DNA of 64,000 bases from an uncultured delta proteobacterium (GTDB taxonomy: Bacteria > Myxococcota_A > Polyangia > Polyangiales > CAWHLB01), in contig CAWHLB010000015.1 in NCBI GenBank assembly GCA_963830115.1, positions 129,178 to 193,177 of the forward strand, read 5' to 3'. A program made the translations under genes and the position numbers. The notes beneath the pieces were generated by a model, which ran no database searches, was not told where the DNA came from, and saw only the letters and a program-made list of their open reading frames with translations. The stretch's first letter is position 1. Every line of letters begins with the position of its first letter. Positions 1 to 10,976 of the stretch are shown in pieces.

Positions 1-918
1 CCCTCCGGGACGCTTTGCTCGGGTGGCACGTGCAATGGCTCTGGCGCGTGCGTGCCAAGCGGCCCCATGACGATTTACCTGACCTCCGGCGCGAGCTGGA
101 CGGTTCCGTCGAACTGGAACAACGCAAACAACACGATCGAAGTGATCGGCGGGGGCGGTGGCGGCGGCGGCGGCAGCTACTCCTCCGGGTACGGCGGCGG
201 CGGCGGTGGCGGTGGCGCGTACTCCAAGATCACCAACGCGACACTGACGCCGAGCTCCACCGTGGCCTACGCGATCGGCGGCGGTGGCGGCGGCGGCCCC
301 GGTGGCATGGCCCCTGGAGGCGACGGCACACTCGGCGCAGCGGGTGGCGCGACCTGGTTCTGCAACTCGGCGTCCAACTGCGGCTCGCTCGGGGGCTCCG
401 CCGTGATCGTCGGCGCCGCGGGCGGCGCGGGAGGTCCCATCCACCTTGGCACGGGCACCGGCGGAGCGGCGACGAGCGGCGTCGGCGCGGTGCGGTACTC
501 GGGCGGCGATGGCACGGAGGGTGGAACTCCGGACGACGAGTGTGTGTCGGGCGGCGGCGGAGGCGGAGCGGCCGGGCCGAACGGCGCCGGTCTCCCAGGC
601 GACTACGGCAGCTACTACCACTGCACGGTCGATGTGACGGGAGGCGCCGGTGGCGCCGGAGACAATGGGAGTGGCGGCGCCGGCGGCGGTACGACCGGCG
701 GCGCTGGCGGGAGCGGCACGGAGTGGGGTGTGTCCTACGGGTTGGGCGGTGGCGGCGGCGGAGGCGAAGCCAACGCCTCCATCTCCCAGGCGGGCGGGAT
801 GGGCGGCATCTACGGCGCGGGCGGTGGCGGCGGTGGCGCAAATCTGAGCCCTGGCACGACCATGGGCGCGGGTGGGAACGGGCGACAGGGCCTCATCGTC
901 ATCACCTACACGCCATAG
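1..918 (+). CDS. 5'-partial secreted/surface protein: Cys-rich segment plus C-terminal glycine-rich domain
   Basis: Frame open from base 1 (PSGTLCSGGTCNGSGACV), then SWTVP..IEVIGGGGGG ... GGNGRQGLIVITY, the pattern of the glycine-rich domain found in phage tail and surface proteins; TAG at 916-918. Confidence 0.8.
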   Translation, partial: PSGTLCSGGTCNGSGACVPSGPMTIYLTSGASWTVPSNWNNANNTIEVIGGGGGGGGGSYSSGYGGGGGGGGAYSKITNATLTPSSTVAYAIGGGGGGGPGGMAPGGDGTLGAAGGATWFCNSASNCGSLGGSAVIVGAAGGAGGPIHLGTGTGGAATSGVGAVRYSGGDGTEGGTPDDECVSGGGGGGAAGPNGAGLPGDYGSYYHCTVDVTGGAGGAGDNGSGGAGGGTTGGAGGSGTEWGVSYGLGGGGGGGEANASISQAGGMGGIYGAGGGGGGANLSPGTTMGAGGNGRQGLIVITYTP

Positions 919-951
919 CGACGACGCCCCTGGTGCGGCCCCCCACGCGGA

Positions 952-3026
952 TCAGGAGGGCCCCGCGTTGTCGCAGATGTTCGCGCTCGTGCACGTGAGG
1001 CCGTCACAGCAATCGCCTGCGCCGCCGCAGGATTCGCCGCGCTCACGACATGTCGGGGCCGGCGAGCAGGTCTCATCGGGTCCGCAGAAGCTGCTGCAGC
1101 ATTCCCCGTCCGCGCCGCACGTAGCGCCGTTCTCGTTGCAAGGGGGCGGCACCCACTGCGGCGAGAGGATCGTGGCGACCTCCTGACCCGCGAGATAGTA
1201 CGGAACCTCGGAGGGATCGGACGACCCGTCGGGAGTGCGCGTGATCGCGGTGACCCACACCTGCTTTTGCCCGTGAACGCCCGCCGGCACGTTGCCGTAG
1301 TCGTGCAGGGTGGTGAACAGGAGCCAGAAGTAGCCGCCCGAGTCGAAGGGCGAGAAGATGGGTCGGTAGGAGCCGTCGGTCGCTCCCGAGCCGTCCGCCG
1401 GTCCGAAGTTCGCGTTGTCGAGCCGCACCGGTGACCCACCGCTGGGCGCGATCATCCACAGCGCGCCCCGCGTGCCGGACAAGCCCCCCCGGTCTCCGCA
1501 TCGGTCCTGCGCGTGTCGCCGTGCTGATAGACGATCCAGTGCGAGTCGGGCGTCCACGAGGGGTGCCAATCGACCGCGCCTTCGGGCGAGGACGCAGCGC
1601 TGTGAACTACGCCCGACGAGCCGAAGCTACCGTCGGCCATCACGGGGGTGAGCGCGAGGTCGTTGCCGCGGTTGGTGTAGGCGATGGTCGATCCGTCGGG
1701 CGACCACTCGGGATCGAATCCGTCCCCCGCCTGTCCGGCGAGCGAGCTCACCTCGGCACCCGTGCTCATGTCGAGGATGTTGAACGGCAGGCTGGTGGGA
1801 TTCGCTCCGCAGTCACCCGCGACCACGCGTGTCGAGTCCGGATTGAACGATTCACAACGCCGCACGTCGTAGTGCACGGCGAAGAGGTTGGGGGCGGGGT
1901 CAGCCGTCAGATCGCGCGTGATGTCGAACGCCGTCACGGTCTCGGTCGGCTCACGGACAGCGATGAGGCGTCGCCCGTCGCGCGAAACCGCGTGGCAGCC
2001 AATGCACGTGTCGCCCGTGTGGGGCAAGAAGTCGACGAGCGATGCGGTCTGCACATCCAGGCGCATGAGGCGCGCCTGGGGAGGCGACCAGTAGTACACA
2101 GACCCGCCCAGCACCGCGTCGACGGTACGGAAGTCGGTCATGGCGCTCTGGTAGACGACGCCCCCCGAAGAGACCTCGACCGTTACCTGGATGGGCTGGC
2201 CGACATCGCTCCCCGCCATGGCGGGCCAGCTGTCGGTTGGGAGCTGCCAGCTGTCGTCGAACCCCGCCGCTCCGCGGAAGTAGCCGTCGAGCACCGCGTG
2301 GGGACGCGCGAGACGTACGTGCCACAGATCGTCCGCGGTGGGCGAGGGATGGTGCGGGGTCCACATGACCTTGGGCGGATACACGTTCCGAGGCATGACC
2401 GCGCTGGCCAGCGGGTAGTCGATCGCGGGCGCCGTCGAAGCATCCGTGCTCGGCGTCGCCCCGCCGAAGACGTCGGGATCGGTGGGCGACACGCCAGACC
2501 CGAGCACCGTCCCGTGCCAGTTCACGGTGAGCGTGGTCGACGCCGATGGCCCCGCGCCGCCCAACTGCACGCGGACCGTCGCGCTGCCGCCACTGCCCGA
2601 GGCCGTGAACAGGCCGGTCAGCAAGTTGATGCTGCCGATGGAGGCGTTGTCGATGGTGAACAGGAGTCCGCTCGTCAGGGTGCGTGTCGAGCCGTCGCGC
2701 TGTCGACCGAGGACCGTGAAGCTCAACGTGGAAGGATCGTCTGGAAGCTGGATGACAGGGTTGTCGGGCATGAGCGAGAGCGCGATCAGGTCGGTTGGGC
2801 TTCCGGCGTCCATGCCCTCCCCGGCGTCGGACGACGCCGGCATGGCCCTGCATCGTCCGTCGATGCAGACCTGGCTCGCCGCGCAGTCGTCACTGAGGTG
2901 GCAGGCTCTGCTCGAGCCCACGGTCCCGCCGCTGCAGGCCACGCCGAGCGCCGCGAGAGCCAGCGAGAGGAGCACCATGACCGCATGGCCAATTCTGGAC
3001 GTGTGGGTCGCGGTCTTCGTTCCCAT
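952..3026 (-). CDS. TolB-like/PD40 beta-propeller lipoprotein with Cys-rich C-terminal tail (one frameshift near 1485)
   Basis: Lipobox LGVAC; PD40 repeats PEWSPDG, PSWTPDS, PIFSP; ORFs 1452..3251 and 952..1569 join at the C homopolymer 1484-1490; Cys-rich tail (CGADGECCSSFC). Confidence 0.8.
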
Positions 3027-3067
3027 CGCTCGTTCCTCCCAGTTTCCTCGAGCGAGGGTAGACGGCG

Positions 3068-3082
3068 GCACGCGACGTGCCA
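3068..3082 (-). promoter_or_regulatory. Putative sigma54 -24/-12 promoter
   Basis: Minus strand reads TGGCACG-TCGC-GTGC (consensus TGGCACG-N4-TTGC), about 40 bp upstream of the ATG at 3026. Confidence 0.5.
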
Positions 3083-3247
3083 TGGGTTCCTCACGGGCAG
3101 GGACGGCGGAAGGCCCCCTCGTTGCACCGCGCGGTGGCGTCTCCGGGGCTTCTCGTCCCCAGAGCCCCGGGGTCCAGCGCGCCCCAGACCCCACCTCACG
3201 GGCGATCCCGGTGCGTCCCGAAGCTCCCCGGTGGCCGCGCCTGGGTT

Positions 3248-3577
3248 TCAAGTCCGAACGTCAGAGCTCGCACCATTCATGCGCCCCAGGCTTCGGGCGC
3301 ACTGGAACGCCATGGCAGCAAAGCCGAGAAAGGTCACTCCAGCAGCGTCCCAGGTCCGAATGTCGAGGTCACCGACGTGCGCGAGAAGAACGTAGGCGAT
3401 GGCCACGTTGAGGAGGCCCCATGCCACGTTCACGATGGGGGAAGAGAGCCCCTTGAACGGCGGCGACGCAAACGGGGTCTGCATCTGCCTACCCGCGACC
3501 CCCGCCATCAAGTGTGGCAAGCAGTTGGCGCAAAGGGCGCCACCGAAGAAGTAGGCAATGTAGTGGGGCCACGGCAT
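3248..3577 (-). CDS. Small integral membrane protein (about 3 TM)
   Basis: MPWPHYIAYFFGGALCANCLPHL...QTPFASPP...NVAWG; hydrophobic segments; directly downstream of the TolC-like gene. Confidence 0.7.
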   Translation of the reverse strand: MPWPHYIAYFFGGALCANCLPHLMAGVAGRQMQTPFASPPFKGLSSPIVNVAWGLLNVAIAYVLLAHVGDLDIRTWDAAGVTFLGFAAMAFQCARSLGRMNGASSDVRT

Positions 3578-3661
3578 GAATCCGCAGACCCTATGCGCTC
3601 GCATCGCGGCCGGCAACTCATGCTCGCTCATGCGAAACGACCAGGCCTTCGCCCCCCCCGT

Positions 3662-5183
3662 CTATCCACCCACCGCCTTGCGGAGGCGAGCGCCTGCAAT
3701 GCGAACGTCAATGGCGGCATTGAGCAGGCTCAAGCGCGCCGCTGTCAGCTCCGCGTCCGCGTCGAGCAAGTTGCTCGTCACTGCGCCGCCGGCGCGCAAC
3801 TGGGCGAGGCGGCCCCGGTAACTCGCCTCGGCCGCCTCGACGGCGACCCGCGCGGCCGTGAGCGCGGCGCGTGCGGCGACCTCTTGCTCGAAATCCGCCG
3901 TGACCTCGATTCGAACCTGTTCCTCGAACTGCTCGAGCGCGTCCCGCGCGGAGGCGAGCTGGGCGCTCGCCCGATCGTAGTTCGAGTTATGGATGAGGGC
4001 GTCGGTCGGTGACCACTCGGCTACGACGCTCACGTCCCACGCCGACTTCCACGCGTCCACCGACGGAATGATGCGGGAGTTGGGGTCACCATACTCGTAG
4101 TTGCCCACGGCGAACACACGAGGCCAGCGCTCGCCCGCGCGCGCCGTGGCCGCGTCACCGCGCGCGTACGCCTCCTCCCGCAACGCCTCGAGCTCCGGCC
4201 GATGCTCGATGGCGCGGCGCACGAGCTGTTCTTCGTCACGGTGCTCCACCGGCGGGTCGTGCGTGAGAATCCTCGCCGATTCGGATCTCCTTCGACGGGT
4301 CGAGATGGAGAACGGTGCGAAGCGTGCGCTCGGCGACTGCGACCCCACCTTTCGCGCGCGCCAGCATCACCTGGGCCACGGCGGTCTTGGCCTCCATCCC
4401 GTCTAGGTCGACGCCCGACGCCGCGCCGACGCGCTCCATCGCTTCGACTTGTCGCTGGTTTTCCTGAGCGTCGTGCAAGGACGCCTGGGCGAGCGCCAGG
4501 GCGCCCCTGGCCCGCACGTAGCCGAAGAAGGCTTCGCGCGCTCGCAATTCGAGCGCCTCCTTGGCCGCTTCGAGGACGTAGTCTTCGGCGTGTGCTCCAT
4601 GCTGGGCTGCGAGCGCCGCAGGAAGCAGGGTCATCAGGAGATCGGTAACCGGAACCGTGACCTGCGCGGTCACATCAAATTGGTCCTGAACGATCGGAAA
4701 CGTATAGGTCGTGAGGGCCCCGAGGACGCTTCGGACGGCGGGATCCTGCACCGCCGCGAGGTTCATCTGGAGCTCCTGCTGACCACCCGAGGAAAGGCCG
4801 GCGGAGAGGCCCGCGTTCGTGGCGTGGACCCGCGTGTAGCGACCGCGCACCATGATCTGCGGCAGCATCTCGAGCCAGGCCGCCGCTGCCGCCGCCCGAG
4901 CCGCGTCCGCATCCGCACGCGCCTGGCGAACGGCCGGTGCGTGCCCGAGCGCGATCGCTGCGGCGTGATCAGCCGTCAACCCCCCCCGCGTATAGAGCGA
5001 CTCCAGACGAAAGCCGGCGTGCTCGGCGACAGCAGCGTCCGATGGGTGCTGCCGGTGGTGGTGTCGATGTCGCTCCGCCTGGCTCGCCGAGGGAAACGCT
5101 GCGAGAAGGCAACACGCGGCGATCGACGCGAGCGCCGAGGCGCACCGCGTCGCGGGGAACCGGCCGCTCGTGGTGTCAGTCAC
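3662..5183 (-). CDS. TolC-family outer membrane efflux protein (one frameshift near 4269)
   Basis: Signal peptide (ASQA), OEP helical repeats, C-terminal LLDADAELTAARLSLLNA; ORFs 4236..5183 and 3662..4348 join as IGEDLTHDPP when one base of GAATC 4267-4271 is removed; start overlaps RND stop. Confidence 0.85.
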
Positions 5184-8100
5184 TCAGAGCCCCCCGAGGT
5201 GGGCGCCGTCAAAGGCAACGCCCCGCCGGAGACCTGGATGGGGCTGCCCACGAGCGTAGGCCCGTCATCGAGCTCGTCGTCCACCTGCTCCGGAAGCGGG
5301 CTCGCGAGCTGCACGTCCTCGCGGATCATCACCTTGTAAAGCGCCGGGACGACGAAGAGCGTGAGGAAGGTGGAGGCTAGGAGCCCCGAAATCATCGCCC
5401 ACGCCAACGGCGGCCACAGCGTCGACGAACTGAACGCCAGCGGCAAGAGGCCCGCGACCGTCGTTCCCGTCGTCAGCACGATTGGACGCGTCCTCGTGCG
5501 CACTGCCGCGATGAGAGCCTGTTCCGTGCGCATCCCGCTCGCGCGATCGCGCTCGACGAAGTCGAGCAAGACGATGGCGTTGTTTACCACGATTCCCGCG
5601 AGCGACAGCGCTCCGAGCAGTGACATGAAACCAAAGGGTTGCCTCGAAATGATGAGGCCCGGAATGATACCGACCATGCAGAGAGGAACCGTCGCCATCA
5701 CGATCGCCGTGCGACGGAAGGAGCGGAACTCGAAGACGAGACAAAGGACGATCAGGGCCAGGCCGATCGGAAAAACCTTCAGAAGCGATGCGTTCGCCTC
5801 GCCGGCACCCTGCACGGCGCCCGCGTATTCGAGGCGGACGCCCTTCGGTAGGTGATCGTGGGCGAGGCGCGCCTCGAGCGCCTCGAGCACCGGGCCGTAG
5901 GAGTGTCCCGGAAGCAACCCGGACATGACGTTTGCGAGGCGGTGACCGTTGCGACGCTCGATGTGGGCCGGACGCCACTCGACGTGAGCGGTCGCGACCT
6001 GTCCCAGCGGTACGAGCCCGCCCTTGCGCGTGGACACACCCATTCCCGGCAAGTCCTCGACGCGTGTGCGCTCACCCTGGCTCGAACGAAGAACGATTGG
6101 AACGGCCTGGTTCCCGCCGCGGTACTCGCCCACAGTCAAGCCGCGGCTCTGGGTGAGCATCGCCAAGGCCACATCCGATCGTGTCACGCCTTGGCGCGCG
6201 GCTGCAGCGTCGACGACATGAACACGGAGCGTCGGCGCACCGAGGTCGAGATCGCTGCGAACGTCGGTCGTGCCCTTGATGCGCTCGAGCTCCCGTAGCA
6301 CCGTTTCGGACGCCGCCGCGAGCTTCTTCCTCTCGTTGTCGTAGACGCGAACCACGATGGGGGCACGCACGTAGGGGCCCTGCTCCATCGACTGCACCGT
6401 CGCCTCCGCCTCCGGGAGCTTGGTGGCGACAATATGACGGGCCGCCGCGGCCACCGCGGCCACATCGGAAGCGGATCGCGTGGTCAACAGGATCGCAGCC
6501 AGGTTGGGAACGTGCGTAGGTGAGGACACGTTGTAATAGAACCGTGGAGGCCCGCGGCCGACGAACGTCGTGACATTGACGACGTCATGACGGCGAGCCA
6601 ACGCGCGTTCGATGACGTGGGCCGCCGCGTCCGTGTTTTCGATGTGCGTCCCCTCCCGCAAGTGCAGCTCGACCACGACCTGGTTGCGATCGGCGGAGGG
6701 AAAGAACCGCTGCCCAATGAGCCCAATACCCAACAACGAGCAGATCATCAGCGAGCCCGCGACGAGAAGGACGAGGCGGTGGCGGCGAACCCCCACGCCG
6801 CCAATGCGACTGGCCACGCGTTCGATCCAGCCTTCGCGGATGGCACGCCGCTCGAGCAGCCAGGCGGACATCAAGGGCGTGACGAACAGGGCTCCGAGCA
6901 AACTCAGCGTCAACGCGATGATGATGACGACCGGCAAGGCGCGAATGAAGTCCGCCGTCGTCCCCTTCGCGAGCAGCATCGGAAGATAGGCGGCCACCGT
7001 CGTCGCGGTGGCACCGGCCAGCGGAATCCCGAGCTCACGGACCGACGCCCGCGCCGCGTCGAGAGCCAACATTCCCTCGTCCAGCTTCGCCTGGATGTCC
7101 TCCACCACGACGATCGCGTTGTCGACGAGCATGCCGAGCGCGATGACGAACGCTGCGATCGACAACTGGTGGAGAACGCCACCCCCCATCCAATAGATCG
7201 CGAGCGTGCCGAGCGCGACGATGGGGACCATGGCCGACACGATGAGGGAAGATCGAAGTCCCATCGTCAGGAGGAGCATCACGGCGACGATCGCGATACT
7301 GGCCAGGAGGGAACGACCGAGCCCGCTGAGGCGCTGCGCCACGTAGTGCGGCTGGAAGGAAACCTCCTGAATCTGCAACGGTTGGAGTTCGTTCTGCATC
7401 CGCTCGACGGTCTTCCGAACACGCTCCCCGAGACGGATGAGGTTGATACCGTTCTGCGCCACGACACCGATGGCGACGGCCGGCTCGCCGTTCTGGCGCA
7501 TGCGAGCCTCGATCGGATCGGCCGGCCCGTGGCGAACGTGGGCGACCTCGCGAAGCTCGACGGACCCGCCCGACGGCAACATGATGGGCGTGTGCTCTAT
7601 GTCGGCAATCGATCCGAAGTCGGTTTCGGGGCTGAGGTCGGCACGCATCTGCCCGACCAAGACAGAACCGCCTGGGATGGCACTGTTGCGTCCCTGAAGC
7701 TCCGCGGCGAGGACGCGCTGATTGATGCCGAGGCGCTGGGCGGCGACCTGGTCGTACTCGATCGTGACCTGTTCGCCGGGATCGGCGATCATCGTTACGC
7801 GCGAGACGCCATCGATGTGCAGCAGGGCACGGCGCAGCTTGCGAGCCGCGGAGCGGAGAACAAGGGGATCGGTCGAACCGGTCACCGCGTACACCATCGA
7901 CTCTTGGTCGACGAACGAGTCGTTCAGCAGCGGCGCGCCCGCGTCCTTGGGCAGCTTGCGGCGTGCCCTAGCGATCGCATTCCGCACGTCGTCCCACGCG
8001 GAGTGCGTGTCGTAGATGTCCGGTCGTAGCTCCAAGGTGAAGAGCGCCACCCCCTGGCGCGAGGTCGCGTCCACGTATCGCAGAGCGTCCACCTGCTCGA

Positions 8101-8311
8101 GCTGCTCTTCCATGGGCTTGACGACGAGACGCTCGATCGTCTCTGCCTCTGCGCCCGGAAAGAGCACCGTCACGTCGCCGTAACGCGATGGGAAGGTCGG
8201 GTCCTCCTGGCGCGGCATGAACAGCCACGCTGCCACCCCCATCAAGGCAAAGATGGGAACGATGACGAGCACGATCCGCGAGTGCGGGTGCTTGCCGACG
8301 CCGCTGCTCAT
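5180..8311 (-). CDS. RND efflux permease (AcrB/AcrD/AcrF family)
   Basis: MPRQEDP, GMLVDNAIVVVE, FFPSADR, GIVVNNAIVL, RTRPIVLTTGTTVAGLLPL; own RBS (GGAG) and ATG at 8311; read in frame with the upstream MFP in the sequence as given. Confidence 0.9.
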   Translation of the reverse strand: MSSGVGKHPHSRIVLVIVPIFALMGVAAWLFMPRQEDPTFPSRYGDVTVLFPGAEAETIERLVVKPMEEQLEQVDALRYVDATSRQGVALFTLELRPDIYDTHSAWDDVRNAIARARRKLPKDAGAPLLNDSFVDQESMVYAVTGSTDPLVLRSAARKLRRALLHIDGVSRVTMIADPGEQVTIEYDQVAAQRLGINQRVLAAELQGRNSAIPGGSVLVGQMRADLSPETDFGSIADIEHTPIMLPSGGSVELREVAHVRHGPADPIEARMRQNGEPAVAIGVVAQNGINLIRLGERVRKTVERMQNELQPLQIQEVSFQPHYVAQRLSGLGRSLLASIAIVAVMLLLTMGLRSSLIVSAMVPIVALGTLAIYWMGGGVLHQLSIAAFVIALGMLVDNAIVVVEDIQAKLDEGMLALDAARASVRELGIPLAGATATTVAAYLPMLLAKGTTADFIRALPVVIIIALTLSLLGALFVTPLMSAWLLERRAIREGWIERVASRIGGVGVRRHRLVLLVAGSLMICSLLGIGLIGQRFFPSADRNQVVVELHLREGTHIENTDAAAHVIERALARRHDVVNVTTFVGRGPPRFYYNVSSPTHVPNLAAILLTTRSASDVAAVAAAARHIVATKLPEAEATVQSMEQGPYVRAPIVVRVYDNERKKLAAASETVLRELERIKGTTDVRSDLDLGAPTLRVHVVDAAAARQGVTRSDVALAMLTQSRGLTVGEYRGGNQAVPIVLRSSQGERTRVEDLPGMGVSTRKGGLVPLGQVATAHVEWRPAHIERRNGHRLANVMSGLLPGHSYGPVLEALEARLAHDHLPKGVRLEYAGAVQGAGEANASLLKVFPIGLALIVLCLVFEFRSFRRTAIVMATVPLCMVGIIPGLIISRQPFGFMSLLGALSLAGIVVNNAIVLLDFVERDRASGMRTEQALIAAVRTRTRPIVLTTGTTVAGLLPLAFSSSTLWPPLAWAMISGLLASTFLTLFVVPALYKVMIREDVQLASPLPEQVDDELDDGPTLVGSPIQVSGGALPLTAPTSGGSE

Positions 8312-9505
8312 GGAGACTCCTGCGGAGCTTCCGTTCGTCGGGTCCGGAGGGCTCGAGGTATCGCTGGGGCTTTCGCCGTGGACGATGGACACGGCCTCTC
8401 CGTCGACCAACGCGGCCTGGCCACCGACCACCACGGGCTCACCTTCCTGGACGCCAGCCGTAACAATTGCGCGATTGTCGACCAGCTCGCGCACGTGAAC
8501 GGGCACGCGCTTGGCGCGCCCCGCCTTGACGACGAAGACCGAAGGACTGTCACCGTTCGGATTGAGAATCGCGATGGCAGGCAGAGACATGCCGGGCGCG
8601 ACGTGCGTATGAAAGACGACCTCTGCGGCCATTCCCGGCACGACGGGCGCGGTGGGATCGATACGTACGACCACCGGGAACTGCCGTCCGACTTGTCCCG
8701 CGCTGTGACCGACGAGCCGTACGGTCCCGTGGATGTTCTTCAAGCCGGCGAGCGGCATGTTCACCTCGACCGCGCTCCCAGCATTGATCCGTGCGATCTG
8801 CGATTCGGGGACCTCGACCTCGACTTCGTCGCCAGCGACGCCGCTCAGGACCACCACGGGGCGGCCCGGTACGGCGAACTCACCGGGCTCGAGCAGAACC
8901 TGGCTCACGATGCCGTCGAATGGTGCCCGTAGGGTCGCCTCGTCGAGCATTCGGACAGCCTCTTCCCGCTGAGACCGGGCCGCCGCCCCCCCGGCGCGCA
9001 GGGCGCGCAGCTGCGCCGTCACCTGATCCACCTGGGCCTGGGAGACAGCGTCATCTCGCGCAAGCACGCGAGACCGATGCCGAGCGCGATACGCTTCACT
9101 CAGGTGAGCCGTCGCCTCCCGGGCTTGCGCAGCCGCGGCCTGTACCGCGGTCTTCAGGGGCGCTTGGTCGATCTGGGCGAGAACGTCCCCCGCGTGAACC
9201 TCGTCACCGATGTCTACGGGACGAGCCATGAGCCGCCCCCCGAGGGTGAACGACAGCTCCGCTCGATTGATCGCACGCGTGATCCCCGACGCCCGGAATT
9301 CGCGAACCCCGTCGTCGTGCGTCACCTTCGCGATCTGCACCGGCCGAGGCGTCTGCGCGGCAGGTGTCTCGGCGCCAGATCGCCCCTGAAAGACGACGAG
9401 CGTGACACCACCGACGCCCGCGATCGCAAGCACGACGGAAAGAACCACGGGAGCCGTCTTCTTCCGACGGCTCCCCGGACGCGTTGCTGTGGAAGGTCGT
9501 GCCAC
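8308..9505 (-). CDS. Efflux RND periplasmic adaptor (MFP) subunit
   Basis: N-terminal TM, LSFTLGGRL, VDIGDEVHAGDVLAQID, LRAPFDGIV, PGMAA, GVQEGEPVVVGG; probable true stop TGA 8308-8310 overlapping the RND ATG if one extra base at 8359 is removed. Confidence 0.85.
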
Positions 9506-9714
9506 GCTCCCTCAGCCCAGAGCGGCCACGTCGGGTCGGAGAGGAGCCCGGAGGCGCACGAGAGGAACATGACAGAGCCGGCCGGAGCCAAGGCAACGGC
9601 TCGCCGTCTTCTCGGTCGCGTGAGCCCGAGAGATGGCCGAGCTCCGATCCCGAGAGCTCCCCATGCTCTGGTCCGCGGCAGAACGAGGCAGCCATGGTGT
9701 CCGCACGGCGGGCA

Positions 9715-10575
9715 TCACGCCGACCGGAGGAGGAGGGTTTCGTCGCTGCGCTGGGTGCGCAAGTAGCCGCGAGTCGTGGGACGCAGGGTCTCGACCCGGT
9801 TCGAGCGACGCAGGAAGAGGTCCTGAAACACCTGCCGCGGCAACTTCGAAGGCCGTGGATTGCGCTCGGACGGCACGGAGCCAATCTCGATGCAAGACGG
9901 AAGACTGTCGATGAAGTGCTCGTGCACCGGGCGACCCGTGGACATGGGGCGGCGGTAGTGCCGGCGGAAGAACGTCACCGCCGCGCGCGCGTCCTGCACG
10001 AGCCCCACCACGGGCGCCGAGAGCTCCGCGTGGGCCTGCTCGCGGCCGAACCGCTGGAATCCGAACACGGCCCGGTACAAGGGGGCCGCGTTCGGATTCA
10101 CACCGACGACGACGTGGCTCGCATCGAGCACGTTCCGGGCGATGAAGTGGGCCGTCAGGTAGAGCAGCGTGGTCACGCCCGTGCGGCGGCAACGGGGCTC
10201 GACGGCGAGCGAGTTGAACTCGACGAGACACGCACCATCACGGCGCAGCGCTGCGAGGGCGTCCGGGTAGTCCTTGTCGAGTGGCAACCCGGCGGGGGAG
10301 TCCAGCGTGACGGTGAGGGTCGCCACGACCTCGTCGCCCTCGTAGGCCACGAGGACCGTGGCTTCTTCGAGCACGTGCTGCTCGGTGATGCGCATGCGCG
10401 GGGCGCAAAGCGGCTCGAGCCCGCGCGACGCGTACGCCTCGTGGAGCAGGGTAAAGGCCTGGTCGAGCTCGTCACTCGTCCTGGCGACGCGGATTCGGTA
10501 GCGGTCGAGGGGCGTGTCTTCGAGCCGTGCCTTCGACCGGATGACCCAGGCGGGACAGACCTTCAACCACCACAT
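9715..10575 (-). CDS. FeeM-type N-acyl amino acid synthase (GNAT fold), copy 2
   Basis: RIRVARTSDELDQAFTLLHEAY, TLTVTLDSPAGLPLD, VEFNSLAV, VGVNPNAAPLYRAVFGF; RBS GGGAGG before ATG 10575. Confidence 0.8.
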   Translation of the reverse strand: MWWLKVCPAWVIRSKARLEDTPLDRYRIRVARTSDELDQAFTLLHEAYASRGLEPLCAPRMRITEQHVLEEATVLVAYEGDEVVATLTVTLDSPAGLPLDKDYPDALAALRRDGACLVEFNSLAVEPRCRRTGVTTLLYLTAHFIARNVLDASHVVVGVNPNAAPLYRAVFGFQRFGREQAHAELSAPVVGLVQDARAAVTFFRRHYRRPMSTGRPVHEHFIDSLPSCIEIGSVPSERNPRPSKLPRQVFQDLFLRRSNRVETLRPTTRGYLRTQRSDETLLLRSA

Positions 10576-10976
10576 GCGCGCCTCCCGCCGGAAGGTGATT
10601 CGCCGGCACGATCTGTCGGTCGCATGAGGTCCAAGGTCGGCTAAGGCGTCGTCGCAAATCGTCCACCACGACGTTCCAAGTCCGCGTCTCGAAATCGATT
10701 TCTTTTGATCCGCCGCTCGGTCCGTGGGCACGAGCCGACCTCGGAGGCCGGCTCGTGCGCGGGGGCGGTCCTCCTCGACACCTCCGCCGAGTCTCCGACC
10801 ATCACGGCAACGGGCCATGGGCCCGCGAATCAGGTGGAGACGGGTCGGACCGGCCGAGAAGCCGGTTCCCTTTGGTGCACGGGTGGCCATGGGCCCGGCG
10901 GGGCGGCGCCAAGCCCCTTCGACGTCGCCGTCTTCTGGATCCACGGGTTCGTACCCTCCTTGGCCGCGCGCCGAGA

